Shown: piece by piece, positions 1 to 12,004 of the stretch
How the letters are laid out: each line of letters starts with the position of its first letter
How positions within the stretch are numbered: the stretch's first letter is position 1
NCBI GenBank assembly: GCA_022605425.2
Contig: JAKIMF020000005.1
Coordinates: 434,001 to 498,000, forward strand
Reading direction: 5' to 3'
DNA from: Hamiltosporidium tvaerminnensis FI-OER-3-3
Lineage: Eukaryota > Fungi > Microsporidia
Length of the DNA stretch: 64,000 nucleotides
Program-made: the position numbers and the translations under genes
The notes under the pieces: generated by a model
Told to the model about the DNA's origin: nothing
Databases searched by the model: none
What the model saw: the letters and a program-made list of their open reading frames with translations, nothing else

Positions 1-971
1 TACATCAAATACTCTGTACTGTTAATTGTACTAACAATAGGATATTTGTTTTTGGTGGCAAGAAGCATTCCAGGAAAAATTATAGAATGAAACGGAACAT
101 TATCTTTTCCCATGAATTGGTACCAAACACAATCATCCACAAATGAGTCATATTCTTCCTTAAGACACTTTTTTGTAAAGGTTAAATATCCTATAGGTGC
201 ATCAAACCAGACATATAAAACTTTATCTTCGAATCCTTCAACTGGAACACCAACTCCCCATCTATACTTCAAATCTCTGGTCATACTTCTAGAATGTAGA
301 TCAAGGTTAATCCAATGATTAGCAATAGCCTTGGCATTGTCAGACCAACTTTCACTTTTTTCTTCAATAAATTTTTTTATTTGAGGTTTTAAGAGATCTA
401 ATCGCAAATATAAATGCTTAGTCTTACGAATTACCGGTTCCTCCTTACAAATTGAGCATTTTGGTAATTTTAATTCCAAAGCTTTCACGAGATAACCACA
501 ATCATCACATTGGTCACCTCTAGCACGTTCAGAAGAGCAAGATGGACAAGTTCCTAGTAAATATCTGTCAGCTAAAAAAAGTTCACATTTCAGACAAAAA
601 TACTGTTCACTAGTTTTTTCTTCGAAATAATTTTCACGATAAATTTCTTTGAATATTTTTTGCGTAAAAATTACATGATCATCATCGGTTGTTCGTCCAA
701 AATGATCAAAATGAATTTCAAACCAATCATAAATATTTTTATGAATTACAGAATTTTTATCGACTATTTCTTTCGGATGTAAATTTTGTTCGATTGCTGT
801 CATTTCTGTAGCTGTACCATATTCATCAGTACCACAAATATGAATCGCTTTTTGTCCTCTTTTTTTACAAAATCTTGTATACACATCAGCACTCAAAACA
901 CACCCTACTATATTTCCTAAATGCGGTAGGTTATTAACATATGGAAGAGCAGAAGTAATTAATTTCTTCAT
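1..971 (-). CDS. MES1: Methionyl-tRNA synthetase (class I), 5' part; runs off the window start (missing from the ORF track)
   Basis: Manual translation from ATG at 971: MKKLITSALPYVNNLPHLGNIVGCVLSADVY..ICGTDEYGTATE (HIGH-type HLGN), zinc knuckle CLKCELFLADRYLLGTCPSC..ARGDQCDDCG, RDLKYRWGVGVP..KVLYVWFDAPIGY, QFMGKDNVPFH. Confidence 0.97.
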   Translation of the reverse strand, partial: MKKLITSALPYVNNLPHLGNIVGCVLSADVYTRFCKKRGQKAIHICGTDEYGTATEMTAIEQNLHPKEIVDKNSVIHKNIYDWFEIHFDHFGRTTDDDHVIFTQKIFKEIYRENYFEEKTSEQYFCLKCELFLADRYLLGTCPSCSSERARGDQCDDCGYLVKALELKLPKCSICKEEPVIRKTKHLYLRLDLLKPQIKKFIEEKSESWSDNAKAIANHWINLDLHSRSMTRDLKYRWGVGVPVEGFEDKVLYVWFDAPIGYLTFTKKCLKEEYDSFVDDCVWYQFMGKDNVPFHSIIFPGMLLATKNKYPIVSTINSTEYLM

Positions 972-983
972 TGGATGGGGCGC
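972..983 (-). promoter_or_regulatory. CCC-type start-proximal motif (GCGCCCCATCCA-ATG) of the MetRS gene
   Basis: CCCC lies 5 nt upstream of the ATG in otherwise AT-rich DNA; CCC/GGG motifs just upstream of start codons are described for microsporidia. Confidence 0.55.
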
Positions 984-1941
984 ACAATTTCAATATAAAT
1001 ATAAAAAGATTGCACAATATTTTAGATAACAGATAAAGAATAGCAGAAGAACATAAAAATATTTTTCTAAATATAACGGGATACTTTAGGATACGTAATA
1101 GGAAGGAATAAAAGATAAGAATATTAAAATATTTATTTAAAAGGTAATCAGATATTTTAAATAATTTGTAAATATATAGTACGAACGAAAATATGCGTCC
1201 CAAACAATAACTAAATATTTTAAGATACTAAACGAGAATGAATAGGAAAACAAAATAACTAATATGAATATGAATTCATCTGGTAAAAACAAAAGATAGC
1301 TGAAATACAGATTTCATTTTCTAGTTTGAAAAAAAAGTTCTTAAATAGTTTCTATTTTCTTTTTAAAAAGAATGGATTAAATAAACAAAATACATTACTT
1401 ATATAACGAGAACTTGAAAACAAAATGTATTTGACGGATAACAGTTATGAATATTTAAATGTTTTAATTGAAGTTTATAATATTTGAATAGCGTATACTC
1501 AAAATTAAAGAAAAAAATAATATGTAAGAATGAGAAATTGCTTAATCGTAAAAAACAAAATACATGATAAAAAAAAGTAAATAACTTATAGTAAAATGTT
1601 AGATTTTTTTAAACCGAATACCTAAATCTACGAAAAAAAAATTTTAAAGCTTTTTAAATTTCTTATTGAAAAAAATAAACTATTCCAAAGATTAAAAGTA
1701 AAATGAACATTTCTAATTTAGAAGTAATATATTATCAAAATATGAATAATTTATACCAAAATTAAAACACATTTACAAAAGGCAATTTAGAAAAGTCGGT
1801 TTTAGTTCAATATATTACATACTTTACGTTGAGACTGACAACCTAACCAACCAAAATGAATTGTCTTTATAACGCCCAGAACTCGGCTAAAATACGTTTC
1901 ATCGTTGGATTGTTTTCCATCCGTAGGGAAGAAGCGAGCAA

Positions 1942-2654
1942 TTAAATAATTTATTTTACATATTTTAAACATTAGTACATTTATATTGTTTCAAGATATT
2001 GACACAATTCCGAACTTTGGAAATAACTAGTACTACAATTGCAACAGTATCTCTTACGATAACTACACCCCAGAGCTTTTAATCTAAGGATATATAGAAC
2101 ATATTCATTCAATAGACGGGTTATTAACCCGGGTTAGTCCATTTTATTTGCTCAATATTTAAAAGTAGGTTGAACCCCGCCATACGTACATCCAAGATCA
2201 TGGGCATTCAAATTACTCTTCATTTCTGAACCTTATAAACCACTAGCTAAAAAATATCAGAGAATCTCATGCTTCCACCTAGACAGGCAATGTCATATAA
2301 CCAGATATTACCTGCTACCTAGATTTCATCTTTCCAATTATATTTTTCTCCCTATCTCCGGGCGCACAGTCTTATAATCCGACTGATCAGGGGTAGATTT
2401 TCCTGATTTTACATGGAAATTACCTACAACTTTAACAAAGATCTAAAAACTAGTTACATAGAAAACTAAAATCTAAATTTGTAGAAAATTTTAACCATTT
2501 CGTAGATATTCTCTTTATTATATTGAATCTTATAGAACAAATGATAAATATAATGTTTTTATTATCTCAGAGAAAATCCAAACTATAATATGATACATGA
2601 TTAAACTTATTTATTGCTAAATAGAAAGTTTTTAATATGGTGATCTTTTCCCAC
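1942..2654 (-). mobile_element. Old full-length copy of the ~730-nt structured SINE-like element
   Basis: Reverse complement is collinear with 21015-21742: ends ..atagaaagtttttaatatggtgatcttttcccac; internal attacctgctacctagatttc, tatctccgggcgc, aaatttgtagaaaa. Confidence 0.75.
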
Positions 2655-3212
2655 CGTAAACGCCAAAATATTAATAATTTTAAAATATTATATACAGAAG
2701 ATTTAATTGAAAGTTTGTTGTTTAAATTAAATTAAGTCTTGATTCAAATTATAGTTGTTTCATTTTGTTTGAACTATAATCAAAACGGGTATCTTTTGTT
2801 TATTTCTGAGCCATGCTTGTTATCATAATATAATTTTAAAAATGTATAAATTTGTCTTCAAACTATTTCCTTTAAATTAAATTCAATTTAATAATTCGAA
2901 TTATAAGACGAAAAATTCGATTATTAAAAAGAATGTTTTTTTAAATTGAAAAGTTAATATAAAATAAATTGAATAATTAAATAAGTGATGACTTACAAAT
3001 TTTAACCGATAGTTAAAGGCATATTGAAGGTTATATTTTATTGTTTTTTTCAAATAGATTACAAATCATTTAAATAATATTATTAAATAATTTTAATCTA
3101 TTTTAAATTTATTTCTACTTTGTTTGAAAACTATTTTTGTTAACTGTAAATTTATACAATTTTTAATTTATCAAATTGTAAAGATATATAAACGATTTTT
3201 TTGTATAATTTT

Positions 3213-4517
3213 ATGCTTGTGTATTTCTTATTTGTAAGCACAATATATTGTGCTAAATCTGTTCTTACTGATGCAGGCGTGGATTACAAACAAAAAAAGG
3301 CATGTCTTGAACATGGTACTTTAAAATTTGAAAAACTTGTCTATAAAATTATAGAAAGACTAAGTCCTGGTTATTCATCAGACTTCTTTAAAGATTTGTA
3401 TTGTATGAATGTAGCTAAGGGAATAGAGAGTGAAAAATTGCATGCATTGTTCGATTTGCTAACTAACATCAAAATTAAAAACATTCATATATTTTATTTG
3501 AGTATTATTTGGCAAGATAAAGATGAAGATAATACAGAAGATCAGATAGAAAAACTTTTAAGGATTATAAATGAACATATATGTTTACAGAATCAAAAAA
3601 CTGTTAAAAAAGTAATGAATCATCGAACCGCTCCTTTTGTTCAAACAAAAGATAAAAGTACAAAGTTTATTTATAGAAACATTGAACCAAAAGGCAATAT
3701 GAAAGATAATTTCGAATTCTTTGAAAAAATATTTTCAAATTCGCTGCAAAAAAATTTTTGTGATGAAAATGTAGAAAGTCATAAATACTTCACCATATTA
3801 GTTAAAGATAATTTTACGGAAATCGATTTTATAAGCTTCAAAGGGATATTATTGCAATATCTCAAAGAATTTACATTGAAGAATAATGAAATTATTTTTT
3901 CCTTTGATGACAATACTTTACGAACATTAAATGATATTTGCTTTGAATTTAGATTAAAATTTCCGGAAATAGAACACATCTATAGATTTTCATATGAAAA
4001 AAAAATAAAATCTAGATCGTACAATTTTACCAGAATGTTTATAAAATCCAAAGGATATTTTATATCAGAAGAGTTGAATATTATTTCAATAAAAATTAAC
4101 GCATCAGAAAAAGAAAGAACCAAGGACTGTTTCTCCGAGAAGAAGTGTATTTTATATTTTAAAACTACTCCTTCTCAAAGATATGATTACAAAAATATCA
4201 ATCCGATCAAGAAAGATATAACATTCGACGTAAATGACTTGTTTTCGTTACAATGTTTAAACAAAGGAAATTTTTTTGAGGAAAAAAGCAAAACAGGGGA
4301 AATAAATTTCAAAAAAGGTTTTTATGTATTAGATGTGAGTTTTTCGAATAAACGTGCAAAAATGATTGCATTCAAATATATATTCATATTTAATATAGTT
4401 GGATTTGTTTCACATGGTTATCGGGATAAAATTACAACTATAGGCAGAATAAACGATGTTCCTATAATTATTCAAGAAATCCATATGAAACTAGCTAAAG
4501 GTTTTGGTGATTTATAA
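3213..4517 (+). CDS. Hypothetical secreted protein (~434 aa), paralogue of the arrayed gene at 35573-36913
   Basis: Long open frame in AT-rich DNA; first ATG at 3213 gives a signal-peptide-like MLVYFLFVSTIYCA. Shares FEK..IE.L..GYS..F.D.Y, W...NTE..I.K.L, and NPI.KDI...VN..FS...NKG.FFE.K with the arrayed protein. Confidence 0.85.
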   Translation: MLVYFLFVSTIYCAKSVLTDAGVDYKQKKACLEHGTLKFEKLVYKIIERLSPGYSSDFFKDLYCMNVAKGIESEKLHALFDLLTNIKIKNIHIFYLSIIWQDKDEDNTEDQIEKLLRIINEHICLQNQKTVKKVMNHRTAPFVQTKDKSTKFIYRNIEPKGNMKDNFEFFEKIFSNSLQKNFCDENVESHKYFTILVKDNFTEIDFISFKGILLQYLKEFTLKNNEIIFSFDDNTLRTLNDICFEFRLKFPEIEHIYRFSYEKKIKSRSYNFTRMFIKSKGYFISEELNIISIKINASEKERTKDCFSEKKCILYFKTTPSQRYDYKNINPIKKDITFDVNDLFSLQCLNKGNFFEEKSKTGEINFKKGFYVLDVSFSNKRAKMIAFKYIFIFNIVGFVSHGYRDKITTIGRINDVPIIIQEIHMKLAKGFGDL

Positions 4518-4649
4518 ATCATAAAATTAAAATGTAAAAAAAACCGAGAAACATGAATTAATCAAATTATTTAATAAAATATTGACTTTTAAATGCAAAT
4601 TTTTAAAATTATTAAACGAGTAGCAAAGTAAAATTAAATACTGTAAATT

Positions 4650-5280
4650 TTTTTCATTTACCAAATGTTATATCATTTTTAAAAGTGACAAGTGCTATAT
4701 TGTTGTTTGAAATTAACGCGGTTTTAGGTTCAGCATAAATATACCCTCTCCAAAACACTCTTAATATCCCTTGTAATGATTACATCTCAAAATCTTTGAT
4801 CTAAAAGTTATGTAAACCTTATTAACAAGCGAGTTAGCATCCATATGCTCGTTAATTTTCGAGGCATGGAGTACGATGGTGGTTAGAAACCAATCCTGGA
4901 TTTGTTCAAGAATATGCAGCATTCCCATTTACTCTACATCTTCCTAGCCAATAAACTTCCAGCTAAGATATATCTCGGCGACTTACACGAAGTCAACATA
5001 GACAAGTGAAAGCCATACCAACAAGCAAAACAAAATATAGGCTTTTTTTAGCCTATGTGTGTTTATTTTAAATTCCCATGCGCTTAGATTTCTGACTAAA
5101 GTGAGTAAGTTTATTTTGCATGCTTTAACATGGCAATTACCTATAAGTATAGTTGCGATCGAGTTACATAAAGAGCTATAATTCAGATTTTAGAAAATGT
5201 TTCGTCATTTCGTAGCCTTTTTCCACATACGAAACTCCACGGCCCAACCGAAAATCTAGCGTGGTTATAATTTCGCTAAA
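4650..5280 (-). mobile_element. Old, internally deleted copy of the ~730-nt element
   Basis: RC matches: tgcagcattccc.ttactctaca, ccaataaacttc.agctaagatata, acatggcaattacct, gtggttat. Confidence 0.75.
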
Positions 5281-5879
5281 AATAAAAACAATTATTTTAA
5301 CATAAAATTCACGTACCAATTGCCAACTAGATAATTTTTATTGTAGTTATTTCCTTCTTACCAAAATACAATGAAATTCTTTTATTGTAAAAAAAAATAT
5401 AATGCAAGATTTTTTTCTCTTCTTCTGTTTTAAATTCTTTCTTTTTCTTCGTTCTGTTGTAATATTTTTTTTATGTTTTCTTTTTAATATTTTAGTAAAT
5501 TTTATATTTCAGTATTATGCTCACTTCAAAGTTCATAAATTTTTAAGGTTGTTTTTCCAACTTTTTCGTCTCTGTTTGTTCCTATGTTAAGTTGGTGTAT
5601 GTGTTTTTTGTGTTTCGCATTTGGTGTATGATTTCAAACAAAACCCTTTCTAATTCTCATATGTATTTTTTGGTTATTCTAAACCTCTTCTTCCTCAGAA
5701 TAAATTAAGCTTACGGTTTTAAAGAAAGATCGACTAATTTATGCGGTTATTCTTATTAACATTTGTTGCTTAATAACGCAATATTAGTATTTATAACTAT
5801 AAAATCTCAAGTAATCGTATAAAGATTAATGCAAAAACTAAATATTAACAAAAACTTATCTAATAAGCCATAGAACAAT

Positions 5880-8800
5880 GCTTTCTTCGCATATTACTTT
5901 CCCAAAGTCGCGATTAGACTTCTAATGCCCTTCTAATCTTTATTAGTGCAATGGTATTAAGTTTAGAATTCAAAATATGTATTTCAAATCCATCATTCCG
6001 AATTATACATAGTCTTTTATTCATGAGTTAACTTTTTTTCCGCCTACTCTTTAAAAATATATTGAGAAAGAGACTTGGAAGTACTTTTATAGGGGTAAAA
6101 TTATATTTACTAATAGAATGTAGACCTAGACCTCTCATTTTGGCGTCTATAATAATCATGCCTATATACTCTTAATATCTAGTAGTTTCCAATTTATCAC
6201 CAATTTTGCAAAAAATTCGACAATTTTGACAAATTATTCCTCTAGCGCAAAGAAGATTTCCCTCTTGAATATAACAAAATATCGCGCTTTTACGTTGATC
6301 GATATTTACTTTCGTAAGCCATATCCAAAATTGCAAACACTCAATGACTCTTTATTCTATGCTTTAATAACCTACAATGTGATATTCTAGATTTAATTTT
6401 TTAATATAAGTATTTTTGTTGAACTTGTTTTATGATAATCTCGTGAATTCTTATTCTAAAATATTTCTTTTTGGTTTTGGGTTTTTTTTGGTAATTATAA
6501 GACATGTTTTATCATCATTCTCTATCTTAATAATCACAACCTTTCTGTGTAGATATTTTTTTTATTTCATATAGGCAATCCAAGAGTGGCAAAATCATAT
6601 GTCGCTTTTTAATCATTTTACTAAGAAGATCTCTTAAGATATGAGATCTAGATAAAACAGTAGAGGTCTCTTTATATCAGACCGAACATAACTTATTTTA
6701 ACCAACCAAGCAGCACCATGTAATCTAATCCAGACAAACACACAATTTAAAGTCATATCAATTCCACATTAAAGTTAATTACGATATCGCATTTTCATTA
6801 ATCAATTAAAAATTCGTGCAATTAATTCGGTTAATAAAGTTTTTCAAATCTCGGTATAAACCCTTAATTAATTTACTATGATAGATCTTGTATTGCGCCT
6901 ACTCTGTCATTTTTTTACCACTCCGATGTATTCTTAAAGACAAACCATTTATAAGTAGCTAAATATACCACAAATATCATTTGAATCTGATTTTTCTTTG
7001 TCAAAATCTTTCTCTGATTTTACAAAGAGCTGCGATTATTCTTGTTTAAGACTATTGGAACACTATAATCAAAATTCTCTTTTTATAATGATTTAGAAGA
7101 AACAATTGGTTGGGTTGGGACATTTTGTATTAATGTCAACTTTGTACTTCTCATGAGCTTGCGGTGTAACAGATTCTTATATAACACCTAAGCAATAATT
7201 AGAAACTATCTCATTGCATAATTCCTGTTTCAATATTTTTTAATGATTTTTCGAGACCCTAATTCTAAAAATTTTATTTTTATGGTTTTCTTTGTATTTT
7301 AAGATAAAATCAATAAACTTCAGTTTTTTCTCGAATTTTATCGCATAGGTATAGTTATAAGAAAATAGGTTTTTTTACTCTAAATACTTTGACTCGCGCA
7401 ATTTTTTAATTCTCTTATAAAATATAACGTCTTAAAAACCGCTCTTTCGGCTTTTGCAACCACCCTGCACCGCTAATTAATATTCGAAGCGCAATCTCCG
7501 ATTTCAAACTCAAATAGTACAGCTCTTGTACACTCTTCTTATTGATTTATAATGATTTTACATACATTGATTTGTCTGTATGTATAAAATCTTTGTAGGA
7601 TCAACTTATGGGGATCAAATATGTATGCCAGCAAAAGAACTAATCACATGAGGTTTTACTTTATCAAAACATTTTTCAAACAAAATCATAGAAATAATTC
7701 TGAAAACTTTCAATTTTCCCAGAAATAATTATACCTTGATTAATTGTAGCCATTTTTGGTTTTGAAGACAAATTATGTTATTTATGAACTTATATTGCAT
7801 AAGAAACTTGGCCTGAAGATAATTCGAAAAAAAGTATTAAGTAATTTGAAACTTATGTGTTTTATTAATTTTCTTCATATTGTGGACATAACATTTCAAT
7901 TAGTTACGATACTTTCCATCTCGTATTTGATATGCCCAGCTAGACCACGATAATTAGCTCTATAATAGACAAACCATATTATTCCATACAGCTTAAATTC
8001 CTTTTTGTATTGTAAATATATGTTTTTTTATGCTTAAGTTTCGAAGATATGTTTTATAACCGAATCCACAAGCGAATATCTCTAGCTTAAGTTCAAATTT
8101 AACTTTCGAATGTTATATTAGCCGATTCCCTTAAGGATTACTAAGTTTCCCTACATAGTTTTTTTTTTTGAAAAATTCTTCGAAAGTACAAATATAGAAA
8201 TTCTACTTTATAGGTTTTACTTGTAAGCAACCTAGACCGAATTCTCCTCCCCATTATGCCAGGAGCAGAATTGGCCTGGTATATTCTCTGCTTTCAGTAA
8301 AAAGGGACTAAAAGAGACTGGTCCTCTAGTTTGGGATTGGGGTTAGGTTTAATAACCCACTCTTTAAAACCCCCTTGTTACGAAACCCGAAAAAGTAAAC
8401 AAACCTACCTAAAAAACTGGTGGGCAGTATGTTCGAAGGTGGCCAAGGCTCGTATGGAGCTGTAGTTCCGATGATGATGACCTACCTAGCAAATTTCTAT
8501 GACATACACGGCGTTGTAATGACCCAGATACAAGAAACTCTGTATATTCCTGATTCTTCGCAGTACTGATCCAGAATTTCTAAAACCGATTCGTTAAAGC
8601 TTTTTAGTTTTAAGTAATAATTTTCTACTTCCTTTCCTGAGTTCTTACTTTACTTAGATAGTTATCGCTGTAAAAAATCTACTGAATGGTATTGGCAATA
8701 AAATATGAACTCATTAGAGAATTCTATTCCAAGCTCAACGTTTCTTTCTTGCCTATTTAGTTTTTGTTTAATTTCACAGTTAATTTTTTTACCGTAAAGT

Positions 8801-9000
8801 ATCATGGCACAGCCAAACCTCGAATTATAATACCTATTAAGCTCTGTATAAACATTTGAGAGAACCTTACAAAATCATATTATATAAAAAAGGCATCATA
8901 AGACTATTTATGCCTATCTATATTACGAAATTGTTTTTTTGCCTAATGGCATTCATTAAAGCTTTAAATTAGTGTAGATTCGGTTGTTTTTAATTCTGCA
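5880..9000 (-). pseudogene. Highly degenerate R4/Dong-like RT retroelement
   Basis: RC of ~6255-6330 reads WLTKVNIDQRKSAIFCYIQ (cf. WLKRGNIRPQNEAVFCYIQ); ~6790 INENAIS (cf. INQHAIS); 8811-8850 aligns with 62581-62620 of the young copy. Boundaries approximate. Confidence 0.7.
8231..8480 (+). mobile_element. Short RTE-clade-derived non-autonomous element (5'UTR-like block plus 3' tail)
   Basis: ggtcctctagtttgggattggggttaggtttaataaccc..ttgttacgaaac resembles RTE 5'UTRs; ggccaaggctcgtatggagctgtagttccGATGATGATGA resembles RTE 3' ends with a (GAT)n tail. Recognised from memory of the family. Confidence 0.55.
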
Positions 9001-10042
9001 CGATTTTTTGCATCAGAAACCTTAACTTATACCGGAGTTTTGTATTAGGTGAATTTAAGGGCAGGTTTAAATCTAAATATTATTGGATTTTTCCATAGTT
9101 AGATTGTTATTTTGCATAAGGAGGAAAAATCTAGAAGGATTTGAAATAAACACTTCACGTGTTTTTGCAAGCCCTTTACTTTTATTTAATTCCTCAGATT
9201 CTGTTATAGATTTTTTATATTACTTTTTTTCGTTAGTTTTTTTAAAAACTATTATTATTCTAGAGAATTATTGTACGGAATAAATATCTCCTAAGAAATA
9301 CGGTTATTTTTTATTTTTTTCATTCAAAAGAATATTCAATGCGATACGCATTATGAACATTTCTAAAATCTATAAAATAATCAATGAGTACTTCCGACCA
9401 AATAAAACCTTAAAGTACTTTAGGCGAATTACTCTTATACGATTTCAGACTTAAACCAATCGATTTAAAGAACACAAAATCATCAATCATCTTTTAAAAA
9501 ATCCAAGCTTTAAAGTGCTATATTATGTTTCACATTTGTTTTTTTAAATTATAAAAAAATCTAATTAAAATACATCAAAAAATTTTGAATAAACAATAAA
9601 AAAATTTTATAGCTATTTATTTATATTTATAAAATATCAAGGAAATTTGAGTCTAAAAAGCACGGTAACGTACTTTTTCGATTCATTTATAGGTATAATT
9701 CGATTCTAGACTTGAATTCAAAACAAATTCTTGTTTAAAATAAAATTGTTTTGCTTTTAAAACCTTTTTTATTGAAAAAAAGAGTGTAACAAATATTTTT
9801 TTTTTATACAATAGATTATAACTTTGTCTCAATTTTTTTGATTATTAATTTTTCCAATTTTAGAAAATTACTAAAATTCTAGAATTTAAAAAAATAAAAA
9901 TTAACTAAAAAAGCTTTTATTTTCTAAATTTATATTCTAAAACAAATATTTTGAATAAACTTAAACCAGAAAAGTATAAATCTAATATAAAGAATTTAAA
10001 TTATTTTTTATTAATTTTAAAAAATTTATACATAAATTTAAA

Positions 10043-10444
10043 ATGTTTTTATTTTGCATTTTTTTCTTACAAATATTTACAGATAATATAGAAGTCGATA
10101 TTAGGAAGTATAAAAAAATTAAATTAAATGGAAAAGTTATAGATTTACCTAAAAATATCGAAAATGGTATTCTAAGAATTCACTATCCTGGATACAATAA
10201 ATTTAAATATTTTAAAAATGAAAATAATGATTTAGAAATAATATCTGATACAAACAATATACTTTTTAAATATGAAAAATCTGAAATATTACCATTAATT
10301 TGCTTTGTAGTATTTATATTTTCAATAGGACTCATTCCGTATCTCTTGATAATTAAAAGAAAAAAAATTAAATTTTTTTATTGGATTATATCAATAGAAA
10401 GAAAAATTATAAATTTTTTCATTCTTTATCTTTACCTCTCTTAG
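10043..10444 (+). CDS. Hypothetical small single-pass membrane protein (133 aa)
   Basis: ATG start, hydrophobic N-terminus, soluble middle, TM-like ILPLICFVVFIFSIGLIPYLLII followed by KRKK. The last ~40 nt overlap a repeated sequence. Confidence 0.55.
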   Translation: MFLFCIFFLQIFTDNIEVDIRKYKKIKLNGKVIDLPKNIENGILRIHYPGYNKFKYFKNENNDLEIISDTNNILFKYEKSEILPLICFVVFIFSIGLIPYLLIIKRKKIKFFYWIISIERKIINFFILYLYLS

Positions 10445-10516
10445 AAAGATCCTAAAAATAATTTAAATACCGAAAAATTCAACTTATTAAGATTTATATA
10501 TTTTAAGATCTAATAA

Positions 10517-11250
10517 GTGAAGGGATGATAACCACGTAAAAAACTTTCTGCTTGGCAATGAGTGTGTGAAACAGGTGTGAGATCATTATTTGGATTTTTG
10601 GTGGGAATACAACCACACTACATCTTTGGTTGTTCCATGGGAGTTGTTATGAAGAGGAGAGGTCTAAGAAATGGAGAAACTTTTTCTACAAATTTATTTG
10701 TAGTTTTTTGTGTGACCAGATTACAGGCCGCAGCTGAACATGTAGGTAATTGCCATGTAAAAGCATGGGAACCTAGCCTTGCTCACTCGGGTTAGAAGAC
10801 TTAGCGCCTGGGAGATATAAAACAAAAAACCATTTAAAGCCAGGAAATCTAAGTAGCAGGTTATACCTGTTGGTATGACATTGCACTGTTTAGGTGGACC
10901 CCATGTAATTCTCTGAAATATATCTTAGCTAGAAGTTTATTGGGTTCAGCAAGTGTAGAGTAAGTGGGAATGCTGCATAGTCTTGGGGGAGCTCAGAAGG
11001 GGGGAGATTCTGCCTTCGATCACACTTTATGCAACGGAAATTAACGAACTCCGGGCAACTGCCCCGCCTATAAATTAGGTTCTACACACCTAGTAGATGA
11101 AAGGCTTTGGGACGTAGGTATCGCAGGGGTTACCGATGGAGTGTTGGGGTAGCAGTCATTTATGTTAAACCTAGAACTGCGTTAATGTCATGAAAACAAA
11201 TATAACACTTGCCACTATTATTAAAAAGATGTGATACTTTTAAATAAAGT
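10517..11250 (+). mobile_element. ~730-nt structured SINE-like element, young copy
   Basis: Near-identical to 21015-21742; starts gtgaagggatgataaccac, ends tttaaataaagt. Confidence 0.9.
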
Positions 11251-11275
11251 ATAGAATAGAATTGAGATATAATAA

Positions 11276-12000
11276 GTTAAGGGATGATAACCACATAAAA
11301 AACTTTCTATTTGGCAATGAGTTTGTGAAACTGGTGTGAGGTCATTATTTGAATTTTTGGTGGGAATAAAACTTACCTATATCTTCAGTTGTTCACTGGG
11401 AGGTGTTATGAGGAGAAGAGGTCTAAGAAACAGCAAAATTTTTTCTACAAATTTATATGTAGTTTTTTATGTAACTAGATTGCAGACCGCAGCCAAACAT
11501 GCAGGTAATTACCATGTAAAGGCGTGGAAACATAGCTTTGCTCACTCGGTTAGAAAACTTAGCGCCTGGGAGATATAAAAATATAAACCATTAAAAGCCG
11601 ATAGAGCTAAGTAGCAGGTTATACCTGTTTATTGACATTGTACTGTCTAGGTGAACTCCATGCAAGTCTCTGAAATATATCTTAGCTATACTTTATTGGG
11701 TTTAGAAAGTGTAGAGTAAGTGGGAATGCTGCATGATCTTGTGTGATCCTAGGGTGGGCTTCGGCCTTTGATCACACGCCATCCAACAGACATTCGGGAA
11801 CTTCAGGCAATTGCCTCGCCCATTAATTAGGTAATACACACCTAGTAGATGAAGGGCTTTGAGAAGTAGGTATCGCAGGGGATACTGATGGAGTGTTGGG
11901 TTAGCAGTTTTTTATTTTAAACATAGAACTGCTTGATGTTATGAAAACAAATATAACACTTACCACTGTTTTAAAAAGATTTGATGCTTTAGAATAAAGT
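11276..12000 (+). mobile_element. ~730-nt element, second tandem copy (more diverged)
   Basis: Collinear with 10517-11250 and separated from it by 25 bp. Confidence 0.9.
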
Positions 12001-12004
12001 TATT

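Noticed and set aside
112-1203. ORFs 112-318 (+) and 934-1203 (-)
   Set aside because: Antisense or overlapping shadows of MetRS and its AT-rich upstream region.
8336-8352. Telomere-like ttggggttaggttt
   Set aside because: Single unit inside the RTE-like block; no tandem array.
10562-11578. 77-aa and 80-aa ORFs inside the 730-nt elements
   Set aside because: GTG starts; the frame is broken in the youngest copy (21015-21742), so they are not conserved coding sequence.
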